The translations under genes and the position numbers were made by a program. DNA of 64,000 bases from a phage. The notes under the pieces were generated by a model. It did not search any database. It saw only the letters and a program-made list of their open reading frames with translations, and was not told the DNA's origin. Location: NCBI GenBank assembly GCA_021469345.1, contig GCA_021469345.1_3049.1. One strand, written 5' to 3'. How positions within the stretch are numbered: the first letter of the stretch is position 1; each line of letters opens with the position of its first letter. Positions 1 to 18,366 of this stretch are shown here, one piece after another.

Positions 1-395
1 ACAACAACGTTGTGTTCAACAAAGAGCTCTTTTAATCCACCAAGCATGGATTCAAACAGTTCGGCTTTGATGCCTTTATCAACTGCTAATTTATTTTCAG
101 CGAGCCATTCTTTCGCAAGATGGTCAATGAATTTAGAAGCTTGCTCAGCGATTTTCTTCTCAGCTTTTTCTTCGGCTTCTTCTTTATTTTTTTCTACTTC
201 TTCTTCTGCTTTTTCAGCAATTTTAGCGATATGAGATTCAGCTAATTTAACGGCGTGCTGCTTGACGGTAGCTTCGAATACAGTGCCGAAAGTTTCTTTT
301 GCTTCCGGAGAAATATTAACTGATTCGAAAATACTATCAAGAGCAACGGAAGCATCAATTTTCTGCGCTTCGGCAATCAGTTGTTCTTTAAGCAT
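1..395 (-). CDS. 22: Prohead core scaffold protein gp22, N-terminal part; gene runs off the window start
   Basis: Minus-strand frame opens with ATG at 393-395 and reads MLKEQLIAEAQKIDASVALDSIF..., matching the T4 gp22 N-terminus; sits downstream of gene 21 as in T4. The listed + ORF 10..234 is its shadow. Confidence 0.8.
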   Translation of the reverse strand, partial: MLKEQLIAEAQKIDASVALDSIFESVNISPEAKETFGTVFEATVKQHAVKLAESHIAKIAEKAEEEVEKNKEEAEEKAEKKIAEQASKFIDHLAKEWLAENKLAVDKGIKAELFESMLGGLKELFVEHNVV

Positions 396-422
396 TTTGT
401 AGTCCTGTTGTTTAGATAATAA

Positions 423-430
423 TATTTATA
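423..430 (-). promoter_or_regulatory. Late promoter (TATAAATA) for gene 22
   Basis: Exact TATAAATA on the minus strand, about 28 nt upstream of the gene 22 start. Confidence 0.65.
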
Positions 431-1064
431 ACGCTTTTTTCATGGCCTCTGCGAGAGCCATATAGGCGTCATCGGCACTTGTATCGGCTTCCGCCGTCTG
501 TGATTCGGTAATTTCCTTAGGAGTTACCCATGCATCTGGAGCACTTGGACCCCATACTGCATCAACACCTACAGTTAATTTGAATCCTTCGTTTACGATA
601 CGATAACCTTTATTTGTGTCAGTCAATGAACCTAATCCACGAGAAGAAACTCCTGGAATCCATCCGGCACGAATATTAGCTGCTAATTTATCTCCAGGAC
701 CATGGTCACCTTCAATAACACGAGCTCGTCCGTATACGTCATTTCCTTTCCACCACATATCTTCTATAATGATAGCGGCTTGCATCGGGTCAACATTAGC
801 GCGTGGAGGATGATTTAATTCTCCGAGAGCTTGTTTAGTTAAAACTTGCTCATTAATATAGTCTTTTACCGCTTTTTCTAATATACGTTTTGGATAAAGA
901 CGTTTATTTCTATTGACGACTTCCGCTTGCATGAATATTCCTTCGATGTATAAACCCGGTTTTAAACCTAAGTCTTTTCCATCATGGGATTCAAGCATTG
1001 GTACGCCATCAATAATTTCGCCAGGTTGACCCCAAGTTTCAATTAGTAATTGGGGTTCATTCAT
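426..1064 (-). CDS. 21: Prohead core protease gp21
   Basis: 212 aa, same length as T4 gp21; T4 gene order 68-21-22. Confidence 0.9.
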   Translation of the reverse strand: MNEPQLLIETWGQPGEIIDGVPMLESHDGKDLGLKPGLYIEGIFMQAEVVNRNKRLYPKRILEKAVKDYINEQVLTKQALGELNHPPRANVDPMQAAIIIEDMWWKGNDVYGRARVIEGDHGPGDKLAANIRAGWIPGVSSRGLGSLTDTNKGYRIVNEGFKLTVGVDAVWGPSAPDAWVTPKEITESQTAEADTSADDAYMALAEAMKKAL

Positions 1065-1489
1065 TAGCTTAATCCTAATGCTTTACGGCGTTTAAGAGCT
1101 TTTTTACGCTTACGCTGAGCACGAGATTGACCCGCTGGATTGGCAATCTTCGTTTTGGTAGCTTTACGAGCAATTTGTCTACGTTTTGCTTTAGACAGCC
1201 CAGTGGTTTGAAATGCATTTCGTTCGCGGGTTTTGCGATCTTTAGTGCGAGTAATTTCACCACGGGCGGAAACATGTTTAACGATAAATTCATTTAACGG
1301 CATATTTTCATTAATAGAAGATAATGCAACCGCTAAATCAGTTTCATCATCAAGCATATTCTCGACAATTGTATTTATATCGTCTTTATTTAAAGCAGAA
1401 GACAATTCGTCAAAGCGACCCTGTGCTTCAGGAATAAGTGCTTCGACATTCTCGAGAACTAATTCATGAGTTTCAGGGATCAGAAGCAT
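1064..1489 (-). CDS. 68: Prohead core protein gp68
   Basis: 141 aa, same as T4 gp68; start overlaps the gp67 stop; basic C-terminus. Confidence 0.8.
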   Translation of the reverse strand: MLLIPETHELVLENVEALIPEAQGRFDELSSALNKDDINTIVENMLDDETDLAVALSSINENMPLNEFIVKHVSARGEITRTKDRKTRERNAFQTTGLSKAKRRQIARKATKTKIANPAGQSRAQRKRKKALKRRKALGLS

Positions 1490-1733
1490 TATTCATCATC
1501 CTCGTCTTCGTCAGAGTCTTTGTCTTTTTTGTCGTCTTTATCATCGCTATCTTCGTCATCATCTTCATCTTCATCCTCGTCTTCAGGTTCTTCACCTTCG
1601 ATTAAGAAATTACGAGCGATAGCGATTTTTTCTTCTTTAATTAAATCAATCGTTCTTGCAGCCATGGCTTCAGCAAATAATTTACGAGCGGCTACGAGGT
1701 CGTTTGATTTAATAGCTTCAATTAAACCTTCCA

Positions 1734-1734
<1 letters not shown>
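1489..1734 (-). CDS. 67: Prohead core protein gp67 (acidic D/E-rich)
   Basis: 81 aa with a poly-D/E tract; position between gene 20 and gene 68 as in T4. Confidence 0.8.
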
Positions 1735-3359
<1,625 letters not shown>

Positions 3360-3391
3360 TTAAGCAGGATGGGGATTTCTCCCCATTCATT

Positions 3392-3883
3392 TTATTCCCA
3401 ATAATCGAGAGCAAGAGTTACTTCAAATGTTTGGATTTCATTGTTTGAATCCCAATCTAATTGAAGTTCACCCACGTTAGTAGGCCACAGACCTTTAATT
3501 TCAATTTCTTTTGTTACTGTTTTAGCGTCACGAGCATATTGACGAACGATAGCGCTCTTTTTATACTCTGCAGGTTTTCCACCAGTAATTTCGTTTCCTT
3601 GTCCCGCAGCAATGCTTTGCCAATCAACAAACTTCTGGCGAGCATCATGTGCCTCATCGTTCATTACTGTAACAGTCCAGTCATCAAATGTACGATCGCC
3701 TGCTACGTTAATTTTACGGTTCATAAATCCGACTGGAATTTTTTCTACAATACCAGCTGGTAAAGCAGTGGCTTTACATTGAAACGTAAAATTTTGTCCA
3801 AGATAAGAAATTTCTACTTGGAATAAGTTAGGTCGCGCAAAATCACCAGATTCAAACGCTCGTGTTACATCATCTACAAACAT
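3392..3883 (-). CDS. 19: Tail tube protein gp19
   Basis: 163 aa, T4 gp19 length and position between 18 and 20. Confidence 0.92.
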   Translation of the reverse strand: MFVDDVTRAFESGDFARPNLFQVEISYLGQNFTFQCKATALPAGIVEKIPVGFMNRKINVAGDRTFDDWTVTVMNDEAHDARQKFVDWQSIAAGQGNEITGGKPAEYKKSAIVRQYARDAKTVTKEIEIKGLWPTNVGELQLDWDSNNEIQTFEVTLALDYWE

Positions 3884-3897
3884 ATTAGCCTCTGTAG

Positions 3898-3905
3898 TAT
3901 TTATA
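3898..3905 (-). promoter_or_regulatory. Late promoter for gene 19 (proximal)
   Basis: Exact TATAAATA on the minus strand 15 nt upstream of the gene 19 start. Confidence 0.6.
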
Positions 3906-3956
3906 TCCCTATGTTTAACCTAGGGCATATAGAATTAAAGAATTAAGGATATAGTG

Positions 3957-3964
3957 TATTTATA
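3957..3964 (-). promoter_or_regulatory. Late promoter for gene 19 (distal)
   Basis: Second exact TATAAATA in the 18-19 intergenic region. Confidence 0.5.
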
Positions 3965-3999
3965 TGGCCTGCCGAAACAGGCCTTTAGAATGCACCGTA

Positions 4000-5979
4000 T
4001 TAACCTGCAAGACCAGTTAACTCATCGAAATCTGCACCAGTAGCAGTTGCGACGAAATTAAGTTGGATATAATTTATACTGCGCGCCGGTTGGATGTAGA
4101 ATGTTGCAACAAACTCATTTCTATCAATTACTGACGGAGTGTTATTTGTTGTATCGCAAACTACACGATATTCATAAATTCCACCGAGAGCTTTAATTCC
4201 CTGTAAGTACTGGGCAGTTTCTGTGCGGAATGATGAACGAGTAAACGCGTTGTTTAATTCGAACAAACGATATTTTGAACTACGTCCGATATTCGTTTTC
4301 AACATATTAAACAGACGACGAACGTTAATACGATCAAATGGAGAAGGAACAGAAGTAGCTGTTTTATCACCGTATAATACGTAACCATCACCACCTGTAC
4401 CAGTTACTGGGTTGATAGCTTCTTGGTATAAACGGTCGCGCTGAGCCTGGCGAGTTTCAATAGCCAGTTTAATAACGTTCAAAATTTGGCCACGATTATA
4501 ACCAGCTGGAGACATCCAAGTCTGAGATACGTTATCAGTTCTTGCGCATAAACCCGCAATATCAGCTGCTAATGGAACCCAGCGATTGACATCATTGTAT
4601 TTGTCATACTGATATTTGTAGTTACCATCAATTGCTGCATAAGTTGAACTAATATTAAAGTTATTATCAGTATATGAACCTGTGGCAGTTCTCCAGTTAA
4701 CTAAATTATCTACTGCGCGGGTTACAGGAATTCCAACTACAGTTTCACGCGGAGGTGAGCACAATACTAAGCAATCTTGACGAGCATCCCCAATTGAAAC
4801 GACGTGTTTTTGGACAGTAGATGCTGTTTCAAGAGATTCACCGGCACAAGAACCCGCAATAAACAGCTGAACGTCAACAGATTCACGGTCAGCAAAGAAG
4901 TCCCAAGCTTCCATCAAATCTCCTGCTGTTACTTCAGCATTTGATGATAACCCACCAGACAGAGTTAAAATTCCAGAGAATCCTTCTGGCCAGTTTTGTG
5001 CAGTTGCAAAAATATATTCTGAACCACCTTTTGCGAAAAAGTCATCGATATAGATGTTACTATCGTAAATATCTTTTTCACCACGCTTAGTTGAAAGAAC
5101 AATGCTTTGAACAATAGCATCATTACGACGAACTATAATAGCATACTGTGAATCAGTTTGTGGTCCATATCCAAACACAGCTTTAGCAGTAGATGCACGA
5201 GTACCACCGCCTGGATAAATTGGCAGTAATGCAGAAGCCCCTTTTGCGTAGTCAGCTTTAGATACGATTTCAACTTCAATTTTATCGCCTAATTCGCCTG
5301 GATAAAGAGCTACTACTCCTGGAATTCCGTATTTTTCGAGATTTGCTTGAAAGCCAGCCTCTGTCATAGCAGCTTCAGCATTTTCAATTTCAGCTAATAA
5401 AATACCAGAATCAGTAATAATTTTTCCAAGAGTTATTACTGCAGCTAAACCAGAGGAAGATGAAGAAATTTCCGCAGTCCAGTTAGAACCTAGTGCTGGA
5501 TATTCACCGACTTCTTTAGCTTTAGCGATAATTTTTGCAGTAGGAATATTAATTTTCTTAATTTTTCCATCTACGTCTACTTCAGTAATTTTACCTTCAG
5601 TTTCAATAGCATCTGAAACATATTTGACCGTGATTTTATCTCCAACTGCGTAGTTACTACCTGGGGTAGAAATTGTGTATTCAATATTACCGGCAATCGG
5701 AGATGAGTTTTTAGCGGTATCTCTATCAACAGCACGAACTACTCGTAAGTCATTTCCGTACTGCAAGAAATTCATCGCAGACATAAAATAGTCAGCAGTT
5801 TCAGCGGTTGGTTGACCAAAAGTATTAACTAAATCTACTTCATTTGTAACCTGTTTAATCTGAAAAGCAGGACCCCACTGGAATTTACCGGCCAAAGCTG
5901 CTGTACCAGTAGAGTTATTAACCACGGTGCTTTGAACCGTAGTTTCTTTGAGCTCAATGCCCGGAGATAATAAAGTCAT
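4000..5979 (-). CDS. 18: Contractile tail sheath protein gp18
   Basis: 659 aa; N-terminus MTLLSPGIELKETTVQSTVVNN recognised as T4 gp18. Confidence 0.95.
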   Translation of the reverse strand: MTLLSPGIELKETTVQSTVVNNSTGTAALAGKFQWGPAFQIKQVTNEVDLVNTFGQPTAETADYFMSAMNFLQYGNDLRVVRAVDRDTAKNSSPIAGNIEYTISTPGSNYAVGDKITVKYVSDAIETEGKITEVDVDGKIKKINIPTAKIIAKAKEVGEYPALGSNWTAEISSSSSGLAAVITLGKIITDSGILLAEIENAEAAMTEAGFQANLEKYGIPGVVALYPGELGDKIEVEIVSKADYAKGASALLPIYPGGGTRASTAKAVFGYGPQTDSQYAIIVRRNDAIVQSIVLSTKRGEKDIYDSNIYIDDFFAKGGSEYIFATAQNWPEGFSGILTLSGGLSSNAEVTAGDLMEAWDFFADRESVDVQLFIAGSCAGESLETASTVQKHVVSIGDARQDCLVLCSPPRETVVGIPVTRAVDNLVNWRTATGSYTDNNFNISSTYAAIDGNYKYQYDKYNDVNRWVPLAADIAGLCARTDNVSQTWMSPAGYNRGQILNVIKLAIETRQAQRDRLYQEAINPVTGTGGDGYVLYGDKTATSVPSPFDRINVRRLFNMLKTNIGRSSKYRLFELNNAFTRSSFRTETAQYLQGIKALGGIYEYRVVCDTTNNTPSVIDRNEFVATFYIQPARSINYIQLNFVATATGADFDELTGLAG

Positions 5980-6007
5980 TTTTAATCCTCTTTAATATGC
6001 TTTAATA

Positions 6008-9148
<3,141 letters not shown>

Positions 9149-9189
9149 GACTTCTCCTAATCTGGGCTTTAATTAATTTATAATATTTA

Positions 9190-10891
<1,702 letters not shown>

Positions 10892-10892
10892 T

Positions 10893-10921
10893 TAAAAATC
10901 CTTTGGGGCCTTGCGGCCCCC
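10893..10921 (-). terminator. Hairpin terminator between wac and gene 13
   Basis: GGGGCC-TTGC-GGCCCC stem-loop with a downstream T-rich tract on the minus strand. Confidence 0.5.
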
Positions 10922-10924
10922 ATG

Positions 10925-12388
10925 TTATGCTGGTGATAAAAAGGTAGAAAGTAATACCCATTCGCCGTCTTTACGAACGTAAGCTTGGCCATCTTTTGGA
11001 GCTTCAGGAATATAACCTGCTTCTTGGAGAGCTTGAACATCACCTTGCAGAGAAGATATACTACCTTTAGCGGTATTCACTTCTTGTGTAACTGATGCAA
11101 TGTTGGTTTCGTTAGCTTTTATTGAATTGGTTAATCCTCGTTCTTCGACAGTTGAACCATTTGGGTTAGTTCCATTTACTAAAGTATTTAACGCTACAAC
11201 TTGCCCTTTAATTCTTGTGCTGTTATTACCAATTTCTACCTGTAGGTTTTGAACATCGTTATTCAAGCCTGAAACAGAAGTTTCAATTGTAGAAACTCGG
11301 TTTAAAAGAGACCCAGGAGGAGACGGTTGTCCACCGCTAGAATCAGTTCCAACAATTTGGTTTAACCATGAAACATTCGCTCTTAAACCAGATGAAGTGT
11401 TTTCACCTACAATTCCGTTTAGAGCTTCGATTGAAGTTGTATTATCTTTAATTTGTCCTTTAATACTCGAAGGAATATCATCTGAACCAATGGAAGTTTC
11501 AATAACTGTTAAACGCTGTTTAATACCTCCACTTTGATTTAGCTCTAAATTAATAGATGCAATATTATCAGTGTTTGTATTAATACTCGTGATAATCGAA
11601 TTATTTCCTGGATATCCTATTGAGGTCTTAATAGCACTAATGTCAGATTCAAATGTTGTCTGTTTAGTGTCAATTTCATTTAAACGACTATAAACGTTTT
11701 GTGAAAATGATGGTGGTTTCGGTCCAAGCTCTTCACGAAGATTACCAACTTCAATAGTCAAAGAACCTACATCAGATTCAATAAATTTTGTTTCTAATTC
11801 GCTTAAACGTATTCCCTGCGAAGTAATGGCATCAGTATTATTAATAATGCGATGCTTCATTCCACTACTAGGATTTCCTACAACAGGAAGACCATTAATA
11901 TCTTGACCTGCGTATTGTCCAAGTTCACGCTTTATCCACAGTAAATCATTTCTGATTGTTCTGTATACAGAGTTGGCCTCAGAGTTAAATGGACCAATAT
12001 CAGCAAGAATACTGTCAACCGTACTATTAGTTCCATTTAATATTTCTGTATGTTCACTGGTTAGCGTTTTGAGGTCAGAAATATCCTTTTTATTGATACC
12101 TATTTGGGCCAAAGCTTCAATATCACCAGATACATCTAAGATGCCCTGAATTGTTTTAATATCACTATTTGCGGTTTCTAAAGATGTTTTAAGTATTCCA
12201 ATGTTTTTATCAAGAACTTCAACATTTCTTAGTACGGAAACTGTAGGTCTATTCATTGAACCTTCACTTCCATACTGTGTATCAGCTCCTAAAATTTCTT
12301 CGCCGTTTTTAATCCAGGAAATGCGGCTCTGGCCCTCTGCAGGAGGGCCGTCAACGAATGGTAAGTCATTCAGTACAATATCTGTCAT
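10925..12388 (-). CDS. wac: Fibritin (whisker/collar protein)
   Basis: 487 aa as in T4 Wac; repetitive coiled-coil-like sequence. Confidence 0.9.
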   Translation of the reverse strand: MTDIVLNDLPFVDGPPAEGQSRISWIKNGEEILGADTQYGSEGSMNRPTVSVLRNVEVLDKNIGILKTSLETANSDIKTIQGILDVSGDIEALAQIGINKKDISDLKTLTSEHTEILNGTNSTVDSILADIGPFNSEANSVYRTIRNDLLWIKRELGQYAGQDINGLPVVGNPSSGMKHRIINNTDAITSQGIRLSELETKFIESDVGSLTIEVGNLREELGPKPPSFSQNVYSRLNEIDTKQTTFESDISAIKTSIGYPGNNSIITSINTNTDNIASINLELNQSGGIKQRLTVIETSIGSDDIPSSIKGQIKDNTTSIEALNGIVGENTSSGLRANVSWLNQIVGTDSSGGQPSPPGSLLNRVSTIETSVSGLNNDVQNLQVEIGNNSTRIKGQVVALNTLVNGTNPNGSTVEERGLTNSIKANETNIASVTQEVNTAKGSISSLQGDVQALQEAGYIPEAPKDGQAYVRKDGEWVLLSTFLSPA

Positions 12389-13968
12389 TCTTTTACCTTA
12401 ATTATGTAGTTTAAAGAAATGTTCCATGGACGTGTTTCATTTCCAATTAATTCAGGACGATTTAATGTATATTTGGAATTACGCTGCGATTCTGGGTCAA
12501 TTTCATATCCGTCATTGGTGAAGTATGAACGGTTATCCCAGTCAAGTCCTTTACGTGTACCAACAAAATTTGATCTACGGGTATTACCGAATGCCCCAGA
12601 ATCATCATGCTCACCAAATCCACCAGCATGTTTATGATAAGACATCTGCTGTTTCTGTACTTCACCAACATATCCACCAGTACAACCTACACCTAATCTA
12701 GGCTTACCAAATTGGTCATTGCCATTAACATTTGGATTCGTTAAGTGAGAGCCACGACCAGAGCCACGAACAAAAAGACCGCGCATGTCAGGCAATCCGG
12801 GATTTGATGAACTTCCGCCATATCTTGTTCCAATTCTAGAAGCATATAATGGACAATCTGAAGCTGAAACAGTTCCGCCATGACAGAATCGCCAAGCATC
12901 ACTAGGAAGGCTATCAGCCGCCCACATCATAATAGCTCCGACAGGAATAGTTCTATCAATTTCATTTTGCGTTACAACACGCTTACCTTGAATATAACCA
13001 CCGGTCATGTTAACTGTTCCGGTAATATTTGCTCCGCCTGAAGCTATTGTAAGTGTGTTATTAATGCGGAGTGTTCCATTAATCGTTTGACCACCTCTTT
13101 GGTGGATAACGTCAGCATTCCAAGCTAAGGCTGATGAAGCATCTCCTCCGCTTTGTGAACCAGCGGTTGTAGTTAATTTAACTACGCCTCTCATTGACGT
13201 TGTAGAACCACGGCCATTAAGAGTTGCGCCAGTAACTGCGACTGAAGCATTATTCGAGTTAACTTCTGACTGTGTTCCTAATTTAATTACACCTTTATAC
13301 TCTTCAGTAGCAGTAGAATTCATAAACGTATAAGGAGAAATCGCATAGCCTTCTCTTAAAGTTCCTTGACGAACTTGCGCTACTGTTGCTAATTGAACAA
13401 CGCCTTGGTCCGATTCGGTAGCTGTGGTTTCAGAAGGAGCAATTTGCGCAATTAATTTAATAGCTAACTGCTGTGTTTTTAATGGAGTCATTGCAGTAGT
13501 ATCATCTGCACCAGCTAATGCTTGCGGTAGAGATGAAATTTTAATAACACCATTCGAGGATTCAGTTGAAACTCGTGTTTCAAACGCATTATTAAGAGCA
13601 ACAGTAAATTTAGCTGGAGTTATAGAAGATTCGTTATTAACTCCGGCAATGGCTTCATCATTGGTTGAATACCTTGTTAATCCGTAAACAGTTTCAGTTG
13701 CGTTTGGATATGATAATCTTGTTGCCAGCGTTGCTGGTGTAACTGCTTTGGTATTATTAGTTCCATCTATAACTTCCTGTTCAGTGGCAAGAAATAAAAT
13801 TCCCTTTGTTGTTGACGATGCATCAGGAACTCCATTTACGCCAGCAGGAGAAATGGCTGCTATAGCAGCCTGAACATCAGTAATCTCTGGTGGAAAATTC
13901 GTATCGGTAGGATCAAATTTTACATAACGAGATTCATTAGAAACGTGTTGATATGTATTATTACTCAT
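12385..13968 (-). CDS. 12: Short tail fiber protein gp12
   Basis: 527 aa as in T4 gp12; start overlaps the gene 11 stop. Confidence 0.9.
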   Translation of the reverse strand: MSNNTYQHVSNESRYVKFDPTDTNFPPEITDVQAAIAAISPAGVNGVPDASSTTKGILFLATEQEVIDGTNNTKAVTPATLATRLSYPNATETVYGLTRYSTNDEAIAGVNNESSITPAKFTVALNNAFETRVSTESSNGVIKISSLPQALAGADDTTAMTPLKTQQLAIKLIAQIAPSETTATESDQGVVQLATVAQVRQGTLREGYAISPYTFMNSTATEEYKGVIKLGTQSEVNSNNASVAVTGATLNGRGSTTSMRGVVKLTTTAGSQSGGDASSALAWNADVIHQRGGQTINGTLRINNTLTIASGGANITGTVNMTGGYIQGKRVVTQNEIDRTIPVGAIMMWAADSLPSDAWRFCHGGTVSASDCPLYASRIGTRYGGSSSNPGLPDMRGLFVRGSGRGSHLTNPNVNGNDQFGKPRLGVGCTGGYVGEVQKQQMSYHKHAGGFGEHDDSGAFGNTRRSNFVGTRKGLDWDNRSYFTNDGYEIDPESQRNSKYTLNRPELIGNETRPWNISLNYIIKVKE

Positions 13969-14624
13969 GCTGTTCTCTCAAAATGATAAAATACTGTAGG
14001 AGTCTGCTGATTATCTAAAGTTACCGTTTGTGCGCCTAATAAATTCCATGTACCGTAGCCAGGTTTAGACTCAGAAATAATTTCCTGCGAAATAGTTATT
14101 CCATATGTAGAATATGTGCTTAATACATGTTTTTGATTATCTAAATAAGTAACTTCTAATTTACTACCATCTGTTGGATGGTCTTTATATGAGTTGATAG
14201 CAGTAAATGACGCAATAGCTTCTTGAAGGGCAACACGAACTTTTGCAACAAACTCAATTGCCGTCATTCCAGTTGTTGCTGAAACTGGAAGACCAAATAC
14301 TAATACCGTAACAGGAGAACCCGGAGGAAGAGAATCGTCTGTTACAGTTCCAGAAAATGCCCAATAATCAGTTTGAGAAACACCCTCAGGAGAAACACCA
14401 GTTTTATTAGTAATAATTGTACCAACGTCTTTTATAGAAAAATTATGAACGTCATTAATAGCTGATTCTACGTTTGGTTCATAAAATCCTTTCGCTAATT
14501 GAGAAATTGTCACTGACCCAACTGATTGACGATTCATTACATCTATATTACCAGCTTTAGGTCTAAAACCAAGAAAATCGGCTAAGCGGGAAATAACTCC
14601 CGCTTTATTATTAAGTAAACTCAT
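13965..14624 (-). CDS. 11: Baseplate wedge protein gp11 (short tail fiber attachment)
   Basis: Start at [10 protein letters not shown] gives 219 aa, the T4 gp11 length, and a 1-nt overlap with the gene 10 stop. Confidence 0.88.
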   Translation of the reverse strand: MSLLNNKAGVISRLADFLGFRPKAGNIDVMNRQSVGSVTISQLAKGFYEPNVESAINDVHNFSIKDVGTIITNKTGVSPEGVSQTDYWAFSGTVTDDSLPPGSPVTVLVFGLPVSATTGMTAIEFVAKVRVALQEAIASFTAINSYKDHPTDGSKLEVTYLDNQKHVLSTYSTYGITISQEIISESKPGYGTWNLLGAQTVTLDNQQTPTVFYHFERTA

Positions 14625-16432
14625 TATGCAATCCTTATCCAACGATAAACTGTAATATATGGTTGAATGTTAGTTATTGATGTTGGCGGAGTGTGAGTAG
14701 AGTTAGTAGATGCTTTAGCTTCACGGTATTTAGTGTAAATTGGACCGGATTCATCTGGATCGTATTGACACCCACCAACAATGACTGATCCATTTTCATC
14801 AACTATTAGAACTTCTTCATCTGTTTCAGTTGCAGGAAGATTAGCATTTTCCAATGTAACCGAAGTAGAACCACCTGTTCCACCTGCAGTATGTGAAGGA
14901 TTTCCACCGGAATCTAAATCGTTGTTATTTAGAGCGAAATTCGGATCCGAAATATCTTCATTCCATCCAACTAAAACTTTTCCTTGCCCAAATAATTTCC
15001 ATGAGCCGAATCCCATATATGTAACAGGGTTGTTTGGATTAACAGCGTTTTCATATATAGTTCCAATAGGATAAATCGTATCAAAGATATTTGAAACAGC
15101 ATTAAATTCGCGTTGATAAGATTGAACTGCTTCTACATTTGGCCAACCAATTTTATCGAAGTCTGTTAAATTTACATCACCAGAAATATCTACTCCCGGT
15201 CCTTGCGATACATAGAGATTATCAGTTTCATCAATAATCTCATCTTTTGTCAATAATGTACCCAAATCATTATTAAACCAGGTGATATTGATAATGTCAC
15301 CATGCTCAAATACTCTATCGAAATGTAAAATTTCCGGTATGCCGTTTTCATCAGTTTCAATTGAATAATCGGTATGAGATTGTTCCCAAGTTCCACCTAA
15401 AACAGAGCATTCTACTTCATCGTCTGAATCGGCACCAATACAATGAAATAATGGCATTCCAACTGTGCCAGCCAATTCCTGCAAAATTCCGTTAAAACGA
15501 ACCTCAAGAGAGTTAGGATTAATAGGTTCTCCTGGAATTAATCCAAAAGCAGAAAATGGAATTGATTTCATTGTTGATAAATCAGTAACGTAAATGCTTC
15601 CTTCTAAAGAAGTTTTTGATGTTAATTTTGAATCTAACAATCTAATTTGACGTCTTGTATATGAACTTCTCCACTGCGATACACCATCCATAAATGTTTC
15701 AATTTGAACAGTGTCACCAATATTACAAGGCTGTCTTAATCGAATATTAAATCCATCAAGAGGAACCAGTTCTCCTTCATTTTCGCCCGGAGAGCCAAAA
15801 TCACTGTTTTCGCTAAACACATCGCCGTAATACAATTCGTTACCACGATGTTTTACTCTGATGTTATTTACATTATAACTGGTTCCACGGAAAACATCTA
15901 AAAAGTCCGTTTGTCCTTGGACTTCGACTAAAAATTCTTTACGAGCTACATTACTAATGTCTGAACTGGTAATTTTGTCAATTTGTTTATTTTTGACATA
16001 TTCCCAACGTCCTGGGGCACAATACACTAGTTCTAAATCGCTGAATTGAACATTAATTTCAACTGGTACTGCAGACCCTTTAATCGTATCACCGGAAGCA
16101 GCTACTAGTGTAACTGGGTTGACGTTCCATGTAGCAAATACGTCTCTAGCTCTAATTACCTTGTTGTAATCATTAACTGTTCCTTTTGGAAGATTTATAG
16201 TCACTCTTCCAGAAGAGGTATTAATAGCGTATGATTTTCCCCATTCAGCTTTTAGTGTTTGCCCAGATGAAGCATCATAAGTTTTCCAGGCACCAGCTGA
16301 ATATGGAACGTCTCCATCACCGAGCTCGTAATAAAGCTCATCAAAGTTTTCATTTATTTTTATACCACCTTTACGCAGGTAGTCACCGGTACCATCATCT
16401 ACAACATTACCGATATTAATATTTTGTTTCAT
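14624..16432 (-). CDS. 10: Baseplate wedge protein gp10
   Basis: 602 aa as in T4 gp10. Confidence 0.9.
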   Translation of the reverse strand: MKQNINIGNVVDDGTGDYLRKGGIKINENFDELYYELGDGDVPYSAGAWKTYDASSGQTLKAEWGKSYAINTSSGRVTINLPKGTVNDYNKVIRARDVFATWNVNPVTLVAASGDTIKGSAVPVEINVQFSDLELVYCAPGRWEYVKNKQIDKITSSDISNVARKEFLVEVQGQTDFLDVFRGTSYNVNNIRVKHRGNELYYGDVFSENSDFGSPGENEGELVPLDGFNIRLRQPCNIGDTVQIETFMDGVSQWRSSYTRRQIRLLDSKLTSKTSLEGSIYVTDLSTMKSIPFSAFGLIPGEPINPNSLEVRFNGILQELAGTVGMPLFHCIGADSDDEVECSVLGGTWEQSHTDYSIETDENGIPEILHFDRVFEHGDIINITWFNNDLGTLLTKDEIIDETDNLYVSQGPGVDISGDVNLTDFDKIGWPNVEAVQSYQREFNAVSNIFDTIYPIGTIYENAVNPNNPVTYMGFGSWKLFGQGKVLVGWNEDISDPNFALNNNDLDSGGNPSHTAGGTGGSTSVTLENANLPATETDEEVLIVDENGSVIVGGCQYDPDESGPIYTKYREAKASTNSTHTPPTSITNIQPYITVYRWIRIA

Positions 16433-17298
16433 TATTGAGCCACCCCGATTTTCTGCGTAGCGATAACTTTAACTGCTGCTCTCATACCGACAGTTGAAGA
16501 ACTTATAGTCGCCGTTACATAATTTTCTTTAATACTAAATGCAATATTAGCGATTTCGTCTTCTTCGGTTTCATTCCCAACTCGCATGACAGCATATTCA
16601 GAAGAAATTACCTCTGAATTGACAGTATCCACAAGAATATTTATTTCTGCTGTTTTAATTTTTCTTCCATCTACCGATTGGCACGTAACTAGCAATTTAG
16701 CCATATTGTATTCAGTGCGATGAAATAATGGAATGTCAACTGATCCAGATGTAGAAATATTCCATGTACCTTCAGCTGGTGATTCCTTTTGTCCAAACAT
16801 ACTTTCAATAGAATAATTCCAAACCGAAGTAGAATTATCAGATGAAATACAACGTAAAGTAACTTTACTATATGGGCTAGTTACTACTAAATTACCTGAA
16901 ACACCTTTAATTGAATCAATAGCTTGAATTGTCAAAGGATTAGTAACTGATATTGATCCATTAGAGTTAATGAATTCAACACAATCGCCGAGTTCGCCTC
17001 TTTCAATGATAACTTTAACACCTACAGTAGAGGTATCAATATCATGCCTAGTGCCAACTTTTACTGGAGTTGCATACTCTGCGATAGTGTGTTTTTGATA
17101 ATATCCAGTAGCATGGATAATTTGACCATCTGCTCCAGTGCCATTTGCTACTGCCATTTTACGCTGATCGCCAAACGCATTATAAATTGCGTTAAAATCA
17201 CTATTAATTTTATTACCACCGTCGAATAAGATATCACCAGTAGAAGCGTTACCAATTTCGCCGGTATCAATCAATTTCTTTGGTTCTTGAATGAACAT
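16432..17298 (-). CDS. 9: Baseplate wedge protein gp9 (long tail fiber socket)
   Basis: 288 aa as in T4 gp9. Confidence 0.9.
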   Translation of the reverse strand: MFIQEPKKLIDTGEIGNASTGDILFDGGNKINSDFNAIYNAFGDQRKMAVANGTGADGQIIHATGYYQKHTIAEYATPVKVGTRHDIDTSTVGVKVIIERGELGDCVEFINSNGSISVTNPLTIQAIDSIKGVSGNLVVTSPYSKVTLRCISSDNSTSVWNYSIESMFGQKESPAEGTWNISTSGSVDIPLFHRTEYNMAKLLVTCQSVDGRKIKTAEINILVDTVNSEVISSEYAVMRVGNETEEDEIANIAFSIKENYVTATISSSTVGMRAAVKVIATQKIGVAQ

Positions 17299-17322
17299 AG
17301 CGGTTTCCTTATGAGTTTATAG

Positions 17323-17330
17323 TATTTATA
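17323..17330 (-). promoter_or_regulatory. Late promoter for gene 9
   Basis: Exact TATAAATA on the minus strand upstream of gene 9, just after the gene 8 terminator hairpin. Confidence 0.65.
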
Positions 17331-17358
17331 AAGAAAAAGGGAGCCCGTGGGCTCCCTT
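17331..17358 (-). terminator. Hairpin terminator between genes 8 and 9
   Basis: Palindrome GGGAGCCCGTGGGCTCCC followed on the minus strand by a T-run. Confidence 0.6.
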
Positions 17359-17361
17359 AAT

Positions 17362-18366
17362 TTAAAATGTAAACAGAATATTGATTTCTTCTGTTTGATC
17401 CATTGCCATAATAATAGGTGGCCTATTTTCCATATAAATCATTTCGCCCGAATGCCTCATTAAATCTTCCGGATCATAATAATCCTTTTCAGCTTTAACG
17501 TTTGGGTCATTTGGATGAGCTTTAGCTTCAAGAGGATTCGTGATTATTGATATTTGTCTAAATCCTTTATTTCCTGGCAATGCAGCTTCAGGAAAATAAA
17601 CTGAATCTAAATATGCTTTAAAACGAATAGTATTTGCCTTAACACGGTAAATTAATCCAAAATCATCTTGTTGCCAAGTGAGATTATCTTCATATCCCCA
17701 TCTAGTCGGGTCTTCTTTTAATTCCTCAGGCCAAGGAACCACGATATATTCATTTGTGCATCTATTTATAGATACATCAGGCGGAATCTCAAATAGATAT
17801 TCCCACACATACCCGTCTCCTGGTTCAATTGTTCCTTCAGCATCTCCTCGGCCTTCAGGCGGAGTCATTGACCTAGCAGAAGGAGTCCATTTTCCACCTA
17901 ACTTAAGGCATTCATCTTTATCAGTTAAAGATGCTATTGAACACATTCCGGTATCAGGAACATCTAAACAACGATATACTAACCAGCCTGCGCCTGATTC
18001 AGTAGCGTTGTAAGGAGCTGAGTTACACACTACAATGTCATTAATTCTAAATGTGTATGGATCAGGATATCGAGTATCTCCCCAATCTCTACGAGGAATA
18101 ACTGCATCAAGCATTGATGGAAGAACTTTTACTGTTCCCATCATATGCGTCCACATGTCAGTTACACCTAATACAGAATCAGTGGGATAAGGCGGGGCAA
18201 AGCCCGCCTCATTTTCATTTGATGACCACGGTTCTGATCTTCCAAATGTGATAAAGATAGTGTTTTTATCCGGACCACTTCCAATTGAATTATAAAAATT
18301 CAACATTTTTTCTGTTCTAAATTTTGAAGTAACTATCGCACGATAGATAACACTTGAATCATTCAT
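17362..18366 (-). CDS. 8: Baseplate wedge protein gp8
   Basis: 334 aa as in T4 gp8. Confidence 0.9.
   Translation of the reverse strand: MNDSSVIYRAIVTSKFRTEKMLNFYNSIGSGPDKNTIFITFGRSEPWSSNENEAGFAPPYPTDSVLGVTDMWTHMMGTVKVLPSMLDAVIPRRDWGDTRYPDPYTFRINDIVVCNSAPYNATESGAGWLVYRCLDVPDTGMCSIASLTDKDECLKLGGKWTPSARSMTPPEGRGDAEGTIEPGDGYVWEYLFEIPPDVSINRCTNEYIVVPWPEELKEDPTRWGYEDNLTWQQDDFGLIYRVKANTIRFKAYLDSVYFPEAALPGNKGFRQISIITNPLEAKAHPNDPNVKAEKDYYDPEDLMRHSGEMIYMENRPPIIMAMDQTEEINILFTF

Noticed and set aside
10-234. Plus-strand ORF (74 aa) at the window start
   Set aside because: Lies antisense to the clearly coding gp22 N-terminus; shadow ORF.
616-813. Plus-strand 65-aa ORF
   Set aside because: Entirely inside gene 21 on the opposite strand.
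9170-9185. Possible late promoter upstream of gene 15 (AATTTATA region)
   Set aside because: The element is TATAAATT rather than the exact TATAAATA; left unannotated.
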